DNA of 64,000 bases from a virus. Shown here one piece after another: positions 1 to 9,415 of this stretch; position 1 is the first letter of the stretch, and each line of letters begins with the position of its first letter. The notes under the pieces are model-generated. The model saw only the letters and a program-made list of their open reading frames with translations, made no database searches and was not told where the DNA came from. A program made the translations under genes and the position numbers. The stretch covers positions 32,001 through 96,000 of the IMG/VR virus record IMGVR_UViG_3300031972_002122; one strand, 5' to 3'.

Positions 1-992
1 GGTGGGTTGTCGAAAGTGGTGCAACTGCTAGGACTTCCATAGGACTTGGCACTTCTGATAATGTGGAATTTGCGAATATAACAGTTAACGAATTAGTTAA
101 CGATAGTACAGTCGCTGGAACACAACTTACAGGATCATTCAGTGGATCATTTACGGGTGACGGTTCCCAACTTACTGGATTACCTTCTGCGCCAATTTCG
201 TCATATACCAATGCTGGTGATAATAGAATTGTTACTTCCGTAGATGCTACAACAGTTAATTCTGAGGTTAATCTAAAGTTTGATGGTACGAGGCTTGATG
301 TTACTGGTGATTTAAAAGTTTCGAATGGTATTTCAGCTTCTGGATCATCGACATTTGGTTTTGGACCGGATACATTTACAGTGAACAGTACTGGGATTAA
401 TGTTCCAAATTTACCGGGCGGTACTGACGACTCAGTTGTAATCCTTACCGCGGCAGGTGCGTTAGCTACTGACGAGATTGATTCTAGAGTGTGGGGAAGT
501 TCACTTGTTGATGGTAGTGGTGGAGCTTCTAGAGTTACATATTGGAATGATACTAATTCGGTAACTAGTAATGCATCATTTACATTTGATGGTACTGACC
601 TGACCGTTGGTTCGTCTGTATTTGGAACTGATGTAAATATCGCAGGTGACTTAGTCGTGCAAGGTACTGCATCATTTCAACACACCGATAGTCTATTAGT
701 ATCTGATAAGTTTATACTGCTAAATTCGGGGTCTGCAACTGGTGATGGTGGTATAATAATTCAGTCTGGTTCTAATGGTTTTGGTAATGCGATTGGGTGG
801 GATGATAGTGCACGTCGATTCGCATTCCAGATGGAGACTGTTATGGATGCTGGATTGTCTACGATGACGCCAGATGCATATGTAGCCGCAGTTATTGATG
901 TGGATACTGCTGGTTTTGACAAAAATTCGTCAGTTCATCAAGTGGCTGGTAACATAATGGTATCAGGTTCTGAGGCTTGGATTTACATTTAA
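1..992 (+). CDS. Tail-fibre-like virion protein, 5'-truncated by window edge
   Basis: Frame is open from the window start (WVVESGATARTSIGLG...); G/S/T-rich beta-type sequence; C-terminal DKFILLNSGS..GDGGIIIQ..IGWD segment typical of phage fibre-like proteins. Confidence 0.7.
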   Translation, partial: WVVESGATARTSIGLGTSDNVEFANITVNELVNDSTVAGTQLTGSFSGSFTGDGSQLTGLPSAPISSYTNAGDNRIVTSVDATTVNSEVNLKFDGTRLDVTGDLKVSNGISASGSSTFGFGPDTFTVNSTGINVPNLPGGTDDSVVILTAAGALATDEIDSRVWGSSLVDGSGGASRVTYWNDTNSVTSNASFTFDGTDLTVGSSVFGTDVNIAGDLVVQGTASFQHTDSLLVSDKFILLNSGSATGDGGIIIQSGSNGFGNAIGWDDSARRFAFQMETVMDAGLSTMTPDAYVAAVIDVDTAGFDKNSSVHQVAGNIMVSGSEAWIYI

Positions 993-1006
993 TGTGATTT
1001 GATGAT

Positions 1007-1198
1007 ATGGGATTGGTCGAAAAAGAAAAAAAGAAAATAAACAGTGAGTTAGGTGTTGAAATTAAAAACAATCTAACGTTAGAAGAGGTTGAGATCATCA
1101 TTCGGGTGATGGGCTCGGCATCATTCCCAGTCAAGGATATTGAACCATTGTACAGGGCTATATATAAATTACAAGAGTTACGAAACAAATTAAAATAA
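1007..1198 (+). CDS. Small hypothetical protein (probable paralog of next ORF)
   Basis: 63-aa ORF in operon orientation; LTLEEVEIII..F.VKDI..L...YKL pattern. Confidence 0.7.
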   Translation: MGLVEKEKKKINSELGVEIKNNLTLEEVEIIIRVMGSASFPVKDIEPLYRAIYKLQELRNKLK

Positions 1199-1199
1199 C

Positions 1200-1385
1200 A
1201 TGCAACATAGGTTAACATTTACAACAAACGAATTACTAGTTATAAGAGAGTCAGTCCACGCTATAACGATAAAGGGTGTAGACGCACCAGTCGTTGCGGG
1301 AGTTCTAGACAAAGTCTATAAAGGAATTGAAAAAGCCGCTACCGCGACTGAACAGTCTAAAACGGATGAAAAACCTAAATCCTAA
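1200..1385 (+). CDS. Small hypothetical protein
   Basis: 61-aa ORF abutting the previous gene; FTTNELLVI..I.GVDA..V...DKV pattern. Confidence 0.7.
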   Translation: MQHRLTFTTNELLVIRESVHAITIKGVDAPVVAGVLDKVYKGIEKAATATEQSKTDEKPKS

Positions 1386-1432
1386 ATTGTGGTGTTATTT
1401 TCACCAAACGATTGCCTTAATAAATTGTAACA

Positions 1433-3154
1433 ATGACGAATTGGAAACGACTTATAGTATCTGGTTCAGACGCTAGTCTGAAGTCACTAGCCATATCTGG
1501 TGGTGACGTTATCATTGATGATGGTGATCGATTAGCTATTGGTAATGCTAATCCATTACATGATATTCATATTGGTAGTGCGAGTGGGTCGTTGGTAAGT
1601 CCAGCGGCTGATATATTCGTGAATAACGATGGGCGTGCCGATATCGTATTACGAAATAGTTTAAATGATATAGAATTTTCGTTATCTGCTGGTGAGGTGA
1701 ATAATTTCTTCATCGCTCGGGGCGATGCTGGTATGTCATTTGTCACGGCTGGTGCTGGTGCCATAGCATTCGATGCTGGTAGTGGTACGGATGAGGTTGA
1801 AGTAACTAATGGGGTAGTTGACATTAATGGTCGACTCGACGTCAATGGGCAATTATATTATTCCACACAAGGAAGTACAGCCACTTCACTAGTTGGTCGT
1901 GACTCTACTGGAAAACTTACCACGGATGTTTCTGGAATAACTTCAGGATTTGGTGGTGGTGAGTGGGGTCGTACTGGAACTACAATTTATTATAATAGTG
2001 GGTCAGTTGGTATAGATACTGAAACGCCAACAACTCTACTAGAGGTGAGTGGTACATTTAAAGCGACTGATAATTCATCGATCGGTGGTGAGCCATCGTC
2101 GGTCGCAACTTTCAGAATAGTTCGGGGCGAAAGCGTTCCTAAAGTTTGGACAGATGCAGCATTTTATGCGAATACGCCATTAGTAATTGAACGAAATGAT
2201 AATGCGTATGTGACGTTTTTGGGTAGTAGTAGTAAAACGAGTGGGTTTGTATTTTCCGATGAGGATGCATGGCTCAGAGGATCAATGATTTATAAGCATG
2301 CGACTGATATGTTGGTGTTTAGAGCGGGCGGTACAGAAACTCTATGGAATAGAAACGGTAATGTCGGAATTAAAACAGACGATCCACAAGCTTCATTAGA
2401 TGTTGGTGGGGATACTGATGAGACTATACATTTGGGAAGGGCTAAATTCGGTTCATATGTCACTGATTATATGTATTTGTCACACTTCGATAATGGGTCG
2501 GGTACGAATTATGCTATAAAGCAAGCTGCTGGAGGCTCCACAACGGTGAACGCAGCTTCAGGACAAGACGTGGAGCTGGCGATTAATAATGATCCAATTC
2601 TAGGTGTCTATGGGGCAACTAACCGAGTTGGAATTAATACGAACACGCCAACCGCATCGTTGCATGTGAGTGGTGGGGCTCATATTGATGGTGATACGTC
2701 TATGATCGGGGGACTACAGATAAATGCTGTATCACCCGGGGAATCAACTCATAAACTATTAACTTGGAATAGTTTAGGGGGTGCCGTTACATATTCGACT
2801 TCGAGTCTTAACCTCGATGGTGGTGCGACGATGACGATCGAACGTCCAGTAACCAATTATATTGATTATCCAATATTTAGAGCACCTTACGATTTAACGA
2901 TTTCTGAAGTTAATGCGGTGATTTATGGTGGGACGTCGGTGGACGCGTTATTAGTTTTTGGTACGGATAGGTCTAATCTCACTTCAAAATTGATTAGCTC
3001 GTCACATACAGTTGACTCGGCAACTGTTGGGAACACGTTGACATCGTTTAGTACGGCATCGATGCCGATGGATAGTTTTTTAATCTGTTCGATGAGTTCG
3101 AATGTGGGGAGCGTGCAACTATTAACTATATCAGTGAAATATAAAAAAGATTAA
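1433..3154 (+). CDS. Tail fibre / long virion fibre protein
   Basis: Repeated (G/N/R)xVGIxTxxPxxxL(D/E/H)VxG modules (GSVGIDTETPTTLLEVSG, GNVGIKTDDPQASLDVGG, RVGINTNTPTASLHVSG). Confidence 0.75.
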   Translation: MTNWKRLIVSGSDASLKSLAISGGDVIIDDGDRLAIGNANPLHDIHIGSASGSLVSPAADIFVNNDGRADIVLRNSLNDIEFSLSAGEVNNFFIARGDAGMSFVTAGAGAIAFDAGSGTDEVEVTNGVVDINGRLDVNGQLYYSTQGSTATSLVGRDSTGKLTTDVSGITSGFGGGEWGRTGTTIYYNSGSVGIDTETPTTLLEVSGTFKATDNSSIGGEPSSVATFRIVRGESVPKVWTDAAFYANTPLVIERNDNAYVTFLGSSSKTSGFVFSDEDAWLRGSMIYKHATDMLVFRAGGTETLWNRNGNVGIKTDDPQASLDVGGDTDETIHLGRAKFGSYVTDYMYLSHFDNGSGTNYAIKQAAGGSTTVNAASGQDVELAINNDPILGVYGATNRVGINTNTPTASLHVSGGAHIDGDTSMIGGLQINAVSPGESTHKLLTWNSLGGAVTYSTSSLNLDGGATMTIERPVTNYIDYPIFRAPYDLTISEVNAVIYGGTSVDALLVFGTDRSNLTSKLISSSHTVDSATVGNTLTSFSTASMPMDSFLICSMSSNVGSVQLLTISVKYKKD

Positions 3155-3176
3155 TATATAACAAAAAGAATATATA

Positions 3177-3521
3177 ATGGCATTAAAGACAAACTACGAA
3201 TTAGATAATGTGATTTACAGCGACGCGTACTTACGAATTCACAAGATACGAACAGTTGCAGTTGATTATGAATATTTTGAAAACGTCGACGATCCAGAGC
3301 GACCAGATATTGCACAGGAACTGAAATGGAAGATTCGCTTAGAATCCTCAGCTACTGCATATGTATGGAACGGTAAAGAGTCTAGAGATAATAGAGCACA
3401 GCCACTTAAATGGTTTAGTTTTGAGTTTGAATATGATCTTGATAGTCCCAAAAATATATACGCACAGGCATACGATGCACTTAAAACTGCGAAGGAGTTT
3501 AGTGACGCTGTAGATGTTTAA
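3177..3521 (+). CDS. Hypothetical protein, possible fibre chaperone/accessory
   Basis: 114 aa directly after fibre gene; MALK...NIYAQAYDALK..EFSDAVDV architecture common downstream of fibre genes. Confidence 0.55.
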   Translation: MALKTNYELDNVIYSDAYLRIHKIRTVAVDYEYFENVDDPERPDIAQELKWKIRLESSATAYVWNGKESRDNRAQPLKWFSFEFEYDLDSPKNIYAQAYDALKTAKEFSDAVDV

Positions 3522-3533
3522 GACCATGATGCC

Positions 3534-3542
3534 ATATTTATA
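3534..3542 (+). promoter_or_regulatory. Putative late promoter motif ATATTTATA
   Basis: Recurring motif 16 nt upstream of the ATG at 3559; AAGGA RBS follows. Confidence 0.6.
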
Positions 3543-3558
3543 ATAAAGGAAATAATAT

Positions 3559-4728
3559 ATGGCTTCTGATCCTACAATATACGCTGGCTCGGCGAGTTTC
3601 TTCCCGGGCGACACCCCGTTTGGGTTCTACGACAACGACACACAGTTTCAATACGATGCTGAGAAGATGGCTAACTATTGCGCTAGGCGGTTAGGATATC
3701 CCGTTGTGGAAGTTGAACTAAATGAACTTCAATTCTTTTCAGCATTCGAGGCTGCAATCACGGAATACGGAAATCAGGTAAATACGTACAGTGCTAGGGA
3801 TAATATTTTAAATTTGATGGGATTCGATACTGGATCACAAGATATAAATCAAAAATATGTAGAGCCAACACTTCGTGGGTTATTTAGACTAGCTAAGCAG
3901 TACGGTAGTGAAGTTGGTGTTGGCGGTAATCTTACGTGGTTTTCTGGGAGTATTTCATTAGAGCCTAATAAGCAAGTATACGATTTAATATCAGATGCTA
4001 CTATCGAGACTGGTAGTTTCAGTACCGACGCATTTACTATACGTAAGGTATTTCATGAAGCTACGCCAAGTATTATGAAATATTTCGACCCACACCTTGG
4101 TACTGGTCTAGGTTCTCAACAATTTCTAAGTCAATTCGGTTGGGGTGGATTTTCAGCACCAATGAATTTCTTACTCATGCCGATGCATTATGATCTACTT
4201 AGAATGCAAGCTATTGAATTTAATGACCAGATTCGAAAGAGTGGATATTCATTCAAACTGACGAATAATCGCTTACGTATATTTCCAGTACCTCGTCAGG
4301 AAATGAAACTGTGGTTCAATTATACGTTGGACGCTGAGGCTGGACCGGGCGGTATCGGCGGTCAAGGTACTGACGGTGATGGTAAAATATCAGATCACAG
4401 TAATATACCTTACGGTAGACTTGTATATAGACATGTCAATGAGATCGGACGACAGTGGATTAGAAAATATACTCTAGCTATCTGTAAAGAAATGTTGGGG
4501 TATATTCGAGGTAAACACCAAAATATACCAGTTCCAGATGATGATACGACACTTAATCATGCCGATCTGATATCCGCTGCCGAGAATGAAAAAACCCAGC
4601 TAATAGAAGAATTGAGGGAAATGTTAGATCAGATGTCTAGACAATCACAGTTAGAGCGAAAGCAAGCTGAAGCTGACGTGTTAGCACAACAATTAGCAAA
4701 AGTACCATTGAAAATTTATATAGGATAA
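3559..4728 (+). CDS. Neck/head-completion protein (T4 gp13-like)
   Basis: YCARRLGYPVVEVEL N-terminus, WIRKYTLAICKEMLG..RGK and TLN..DLI..A..EK..L.EEL C-terminus; position upstream of sheath. Confidence 0.8.
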   Translation: MASDPTIYAGSASFFPGDTPFGFYDNDTQFQYDAEKMANYCARRLGYPVVEVELNELQFFSAFEAAITEYGNQVNTYSARDNILNLMGFDTGSQDINQKYVEPTLRGLFRLAKQYGSEVGVGGNLTWFSGSISLEPNKQVYDLISDATIETGSFSTDAFTIRKVFHEATPSIMKYFDPHLGTGLGSQQFLSQFGWGGFSAPMNFLLMPMHYDLLRMQAIEFNDQIRKSGYSFKLTNNRLRIFPVPRQEMKLWFNYTLDAEAGPGGIGGQGTDGDGKISDHSNIPYGRLVYRHVNEIGRQWIRKYTLAICKEMLGYIRGKHQNIPVPDDDTTLNHADLISAAENEKTQLIEELREMLDQMSRQSQLERKQAEADVLAQQLAKVPLKIYIG

Positions 4729-4733
4729 ACAAC

Positions 4734-5285
4734 ATGCCGTTATATGGTGGCCCGAGAGATCGTGCATTAATTCGAAGAATAAATAATGAACTACTCCAAC
4801 GTATTATTGGGGTGGAGGTTGCTGTGTATAAACTAGCCGTAGCGGATATGGACTCCAACATTTATGGAGAATCTAGTGAAAAGCGGTACTACAATCCAAT
4901 GCGTGTGCATGCACTTGTTAGGCGAGATGACTCGATAGTTAACTTATCGGAGACGGGAGAGATCAGTAAGGATAAGACCTTGTCTATAGGATTCTTACGA
5001 GATGAGTTAGTTAATCTAAATCTTGTCATGGAAGTGTCTGATATCATCGAGTGGGATGGTGGGTACTATCAGGTAGACAATGTGCGGCAGTCATCAGGTC
5101 AGTGGTGGGGACGTAATCCAGATACCTCAATACCAATTGCTGAAGGAGATTCTGGGGATCATGGATATTCAGTGTCTGTTATTGTTGAAGTTCATAGAAC
5201 ATCAACGTCAAACCTTAATTTGGTGGAGACTCGGTCTGGGATCAATAGTCTAACTACTAAATCTAAATTGCCGAGGAATTTATAA
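4734..5285 (+). CDS. Neck/head-closure protein (gp14-like)
   Basis: NELLQRIIG.EV..Y.....NIYGES pattern; synteny gp13-gp14-gp15-gp18. Confidence 0.7.
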   Translation: MPLYGGPRDRALIRRINNELLQRIIGVEVAVYKLAVADMDSNIYGESSEKRYYNPMRVHALVRRDDSIVNLSETGEISKDKTLSIGFLRDELVNLNLVMEVSDIIEWDGGYYQVDNVRQSSGQWWGRNPDTSIPIAEGDSGDHGYSVSVIVEVHRTSTSNLNLVETRSGINSLTTKSKLPRNL

Positions 5286-6169
5286 TGGCACGTAACCAAG
5301 AAAGAATACCACCATTCGAAGAAGGATATCAGGCTGGTGAGTTGAATAGAGCAACCCAGATGCGTAGGGATACCGACACGGTAAAAATCCCAAAGGTAAC
5401 CTTATACGATATTGACTATGCGATTATGTATCATCTATCAACCAATATGAAACTAAAGGTTAGAGAAGACAATCGGATGATCGACGTCCCAGTACTGTAT
5501 GCTGACGGTGAGAAGTGGGCACAAATAAGATCGCGTGGATTTCTAAGGGATGAAAAAAATAAAGTGATGGCACCTATGATAGCCATTAGAAGGTCTAGTG
5601 TTGAACCAGACTCTAGATTACCATACCCAGATTTAAACAATTATGTACCATTCAGGAAGTTTTACCCATATAAGACTATGAACATGCAGTATGATAAGTT
5701 ATCTGGGCAAACGCTTAGAAAACCATCGTATGACTTTTACATGGTCGATGTACCTAATTATGTTAGAGTTCAGTACGACCTGATCATATGGACGAACATG
5801 GTTGAACAGATGAACGGATTAGTTCAAGCTATTGTGGCGGTTTCTAACCACTTGTGGGGGGACTACCACACATTTAGGGCAGTTGTTAATAACGCATCGA
5901 TGAACACCACAAATAATGTGGGGGAGGATAGGGTCGTATCAACTACGATATCTATGCAAGTTGATGGGTGGTTGCAGGAAGAATTTGAGTACCATGAGCC
6001 TACTATGCGGAAGGCACATACAGTTAAGACGGTAAAGTTCGAAAACGAGAAGGAAGAATTTGATTTTTACACAGAGATGCCGTCTCCGTTTTTTCCAAAT
6101 AAGCACATAAGCTCAGAACCCAAGCATATCCAGCTCATGAATAAGCGGCGAAATTTGAGATATCGATAG
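5285..6169 (+). CDS. Tail terminator / sheath stabiliser (gp15-like)
   Basis: VPVLYADGEKW..I, P.IAI.R, P.YVRVQYDLIIWT..EQMN motifs; synteny. Confidence 0.7.
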   Translation: MARNQERIPPFEEGYQAGELNRATQMRRDTDTVKIPKVTLYDIDYAIMYHLSTNMKLKVREDNRMIDVPVLYADGEKWAQIRSRGFLRDEKNKVMAPMIAIRRSSVEPDSRLPYPDLNNYVPFRKFYPYKTMNMQYDKLSGQTLRKPSYDFYMVDVPNYVRVQYDLIIWTNMVEQMNGLVQAIVAVSNHLWGDYHTFRAVVNNASMNTTNNVGEDRVVSTTISMQVDGWLQEEFEYHEPTMRKAHTVKTVKFENEKEEFDFYTEMPSPFFPNKHISSEPKHIQLMNKRRNLRYR

Positions 6170-6188
6170 TGTTTGGATTTTTTGAAAC

Positions 6189-6197
6189 ATATTTATT
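6189..6197 (+). promoter_or_regulatory. Putative late promoter motif ATATTTATT
   Basis: 21 nt upstream of sheath ATG; GAGGA RBS follows. Confidence 0.6.
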
Positions 6198-6218
6198 ACA
6201 AAAAGAGGATAGTTTAGA

Positions 6219-8054
6219 ATGGCAAAGAATGTATTTTTATCTCCGGGTGTATTTACCAGAGAATTCGATCTAAGCTTTATGCAAGACCCAATCGCACCAG
6301 TGGGTGCTGCAGTTATTGGGCCAGCGGTTCGTGGACCGGCTCTTGTACCTACCCCAATCTCTACATACTCAGAGTATATTCGTTGGTTTGGAGATACATT
6401 TACATCGGGGTCTGGACAACTTGAGCAAGAGTATAAATACTTGACATCGTATGCGGTACAGGAATATTTAAGATACGGTGAGGTAATTACTGTAGTTAGA
6501 ATTTTGGCAGGTGCTTACACCCCAGCATATTCGAATGTAATTAATTCATCATCATACCAATTAGAACTTGCAGGATCAGGCGCGTATGCAGCTAGTAATA
6601 TGTCGTTCAAGTTGGAAGCACTTACAGATGGTGACATCACAAATAGTGGTCAAAACTTAGCATCTATTTCTGGATCAGGATTTGACGCGGATAATGGAAC
6701 TGACGGTTTATTAGTTTCTGGATCGAAGTATAATATTCGGTGGGAAATTTCTGGAGTTGATGAGGCTAGAGGTACGTTTGATTTATTGATTAGACGTGGT
6801 GATGACTATAATTCTAGAAAGATCGTTCTAGAACAGTATTCTCAGCTTTCGTTAGACCCTAGCACGGCTAATTATGTTACACGTGTTATTGGTGATCAAC
6901 AATGGACACTAAGATACGATTCTGGTGGAGAACCATATCTTCAGAAATCTGGATCATATCCTAATAGATCGAGATTTATACGTGTTAAGGATGTACAAAA
7001 TACGTTAAATTATATAGATAACTCTGGACAAGTTAGAGATAGTTCATTGACTGGTTCATTACCATCTATAGTATCTGGAACATTCGGATATGGTAACGAA
7101 GGTAATGTGGCGCATCCACGTGCTATGTATCATGCTATATGGAACAACAATACACAAGGATTCAATCCAGCATCTGCTTCTGCGGGTAAAACTGCATACG
7201 AAGATGCGATCGACATCCTAGCAAATAAAGATCAATTTGACATCAACTTGTTGATGACTCCGGGTCTAGTCGAAGGTGGAGCAGATCATGCTAAAATAAT
7301 CACACGTGCAATTAATATGTGTGAAGATCGTGGTGATATTTTCTACATCATCGATCCGACTACATTTGGATCGACAGTAGGTCAAGCACAGTTAGCGGCT
7401 GAAGGTCGTAACACTAACTATGCGGGTATGTATTACCCATGGGTACAGATTCCTGATCCAGACTTAGGTCGTTCAGTATGGATACCACCATCTGCTATCG
7501 TACCGGGCGTGTTCTCATTCAATGACCTTGTAAGACATCCATGGTTTGCACCAGCGGGTCTTAACAGAGGTGGGTTAGATATCGCAGTACAAACTGAAAG
7601 ATTGATGACTCAGAATGATCGAGATAATTTGTACATTAAATCTGTGAATCCAATCGCAACTTTCCCACGTACTGGTGTAGTTGTTTGGGGTCAGAAAACA
7701 TTACAGAAGAAAAGATCAGCACTTGATAGAATCAACGTTAGAAGACTTCTTATCGATGCGAAGAGATTCGTAGCACAAACAGTTAAGTGGTTAGTATTTG
7801 AGCAGAATACGGTTGAGACACGTGCTAGATTTATAGAGTTAGTTGAACCTTATTTTAGAAGAGTCAAAAACCAGCAAGGGCTTTATGACTATCGAATTGT
7901 GATTGACGAGCGTAACAACACTCCAGATGTGATCGATAGAAATGAAATGCGTGCGAACATTTACTTAAAGCCAGCTAAGACTGCAGAATTCATTATAGTT
8001 GATTTCGTAGTTCTTCCAACTGGTGCATTGTTCCCACTTGACTCACAGGAATAA
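6219..8054 (+). CDS. Contractile tail sheath protein (gp18-like)
   Basis: SPGVFTREFD start; YYPWV, WFAPAGLNRG, VNPI, WGQKTL, DRINVRRLL, FEQN, P.KTAEFI motifs. Confidence 0.97.
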   Translation: MAKNVFLSPGVFTREFDLSFMQDPIAPVGAAVIGPAVRGPALVPTPISTYSEYIRWFGDTFTSGSGQLEQEYKYLTSYAVQEYLRYGEVITVVRILAGAYTPAYSNVINSSSYQLELAGSGAYAASNMSFKLEALTDGDITNSGQNLASISGSGFDADNGTDGLLVSGSKYNIRWEISGVDEARGTFDLLIRRGDDYNSRKIVLEQYSQLSLDPSTANYVTRVIGDQQWTLRYDSGGEPYLQKSGSYPNRSRFIRVKDVQNTLNYIDNSGQVRDSSLTGSLPSIVSGTFGYGNEGNVAHPRAMYHAIWNNNTQGFNPASASAGKTAYEDAIDILANKDQFDINLLMTPGLVEGGADHAKIITRAINMCEDRGDIFYIIDPTTFGSTVGQAQLAAEGRNTNYAGMYYPWVQIPDPDLGRSVWIPPSAIVPGVFSFNDLVRHPWFAPAGLNRGGLDIAVQTERLMTQNDRDNLYIKSVNPIATFPRTGVVVWGQKTLQKKRSALDRINVRRLLIDAKRFVAQTVKWLVFEQNTVETRARFIELVEPYFRRVKNQQGLYDYRIVIDERNNTPDVIDRNEMRANIYLKPAKTAEFIIVDFVVLPTGALFPLDSQE

Positions 8055-8069
8055 AATTTGATTTAACTG

Positions 8070-8078
8070 ATATTTATT
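8070..8078 (+). promoter_or_regulatory. Putative late promoter motif ATATTTATT
   Basis: 18 nt upstream of tube-1 ATG. Confidence 0.6.
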
Positions 8079-8096
8079 AGAAAAGAGGAATATTAA

Positions 8097-8576
8097 ATGC
8101 CAAGAATAGTAGTACCTGATGCGCACCATCCGAGTTTGCAGTTTCGTTACCAAGTAACTACATCGAAGTTACCGAGTGCGCAACTTTATGCAAGATCGGC
8201 TCAACAGCCATCATTCGACAACGCTCCAGTGAGTGTAGAGCATATTAATTACTACTTCAAAGTGAAGGGTAAGACTCGGTGGAATGACATCACACTATCT
8301 TGCTATCAGTTTGAAGGAATAACAGCAAAAGAACTTTGGGATTATCTTAACGGTAGTCACCAAGAAGTTGAGGGTGCAGTTGACATGTACGCTCCATCAT
8401 ACAAGCATGATATGCAGCTAATGATATTAGCCCCAGACGGATCAACTCCAGTAGGGACATGGAAACTAGTAGGCGCATTCATTGCTAACGCATCGTGGGG
8501 TGACATGGATTGGGGAACTGATGACGTTATCCAATGTGATATTACCATATCATATGACTACGCAACTTTCAGCTAA
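8097..8576 (+). CDS. Tail tube protein (gp19-like), copy 1
   Basis: KGKTRWNDITL, W.L.GAF, WG..DW, ITISYDYA motifs; directly after sheath. Confidence 0.9.
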   Translation: MPRIVVPDAHHPSLQFRYQVTTSKLPSAQLYARSAQQPSFDNAPVSVEHINYYFKVKGKTRWNDITLSCYQFEGITAKELWDYLNGSHQEVEGAVDMYAPSYKHDMQLMILAPDGSTPVGTWKLVGAFIANASWGDMDWGTDDVIQCDITISYDYATFS

Positions 8577-8608
8577 TAAGTTAATTAATTAAACGAGGAA
8601 TTTTAAAA

Positions 8609-8836
8609 ATGAATGAAACTACTAAATCACTAATTAGACACATATTAACCGCAGTTGGTACTGTGTTGGTATTGGTTGGTGTAAACGGGGCAGTCCCAAT
8701 CGTAGACTTTTTACAAGAAAATCTTGACAGTATGTGGGAAGCAATCGTAGCGATTGTAGGTTTTGTAACTACATTGATTGGATTTTTTACAGATAAAGGT
8801 AAGCGGTTCGAGGTTAGAGCTGCCGAGAAATCGTAA
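8609..8836 (+). CDS. Small two-TM membrane protein (holin-like)
   Basis: Two hydrophobic segments (IRHILTAVGTVLVLVG; AIVAIVGFVTTLIGFF), basic tail, GAGGA RBS. Confidence 0.6.
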   Translation: MNETTKSLIRHILTAVGTVLVLVGVNGAVPIVDFLQENLDSMWEAIVAIVGFVTTLIGFFTDKGKRFEVRAAEKS

Positions 8837-8859
8837 ACTGAAAAGTTCGGAATGGATAT

Positions 8860-8891
8860 AAAGGCATTTGCTACGGCAGATGCCTTTTTTT
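8860..8891 (+). terminator. Rho-independent terminator
   Basis: AAAGGCATTTGC-TACG-GCAGATGCCTTT hairpin followed by T run. Confidence 0.85.
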
Positions 8892-8927
8892 GTTGTATGG
8901 CTATTTATTATAAATGAAGAGTATCAA

Positions 8928-9404
8928 ATGCCTAGATTAGCACAACCTGATGTATTTCACCCTAGATTGCAATTCCGTTATACGTGGTTTACGTCCCACT
9001 TACCGGGCATCTCGATATACGCAAGGTCAGCTCAACAACCATCGTTTGATAATAATCCAGTTACGGTGGATTTTATGAGTAGTTATTACAAACTAAAAGG
9101 TAAGACTCGGTGGAATGACATCACACTGACATGTTACCAGTTTGAAGGGATTACTGGTCGGGAGTTATATCAGTATTTGAATAATGATCATTTTAATGTT
9201 AGCGATGCCGTAGAAAACTTTGCAGATGAATATAAACATAAGATGCAATTGTTTTTACTTAACCCATTGGGAGTTCCGACTGGGATATGGACGTTGGAGG
9301 GAGCATTTATTGCGAATGCGTCATGGGGTAGTATGGATTATGGGTCGGACGAAGTTATGGAATGTGAAATAACTATTTCATACGATTATGCGGAGTTTTT
9401 ATAA
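8928..9404 (+). CDS. Tail tube protein (gp19-like), copy 2
   Basis: Clear paralog of 8097-8576 (YARSAQQPSFDN, KGKTRWNDITL.CYQFEGIT); start set at ATG 8928 after terminator and CTATTTATT motif. Confidence 0.88.
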   Translation: MPRLAQPDVFHPRLQFRYTWFTSHLPGISIYARSAQQPSFDNNPVTVDFMSSYYKLKGKTRWNDITLTCYQFEGITGRELYQYLNNDHFNVSDAVENFADEYKHKMQLFLLNPLGVPTGIWTLEGAFIANASWGSMDYGSDEVMECEITISYDYAEFL

Positions 9405-9415
9405 AAGGAAAAATA

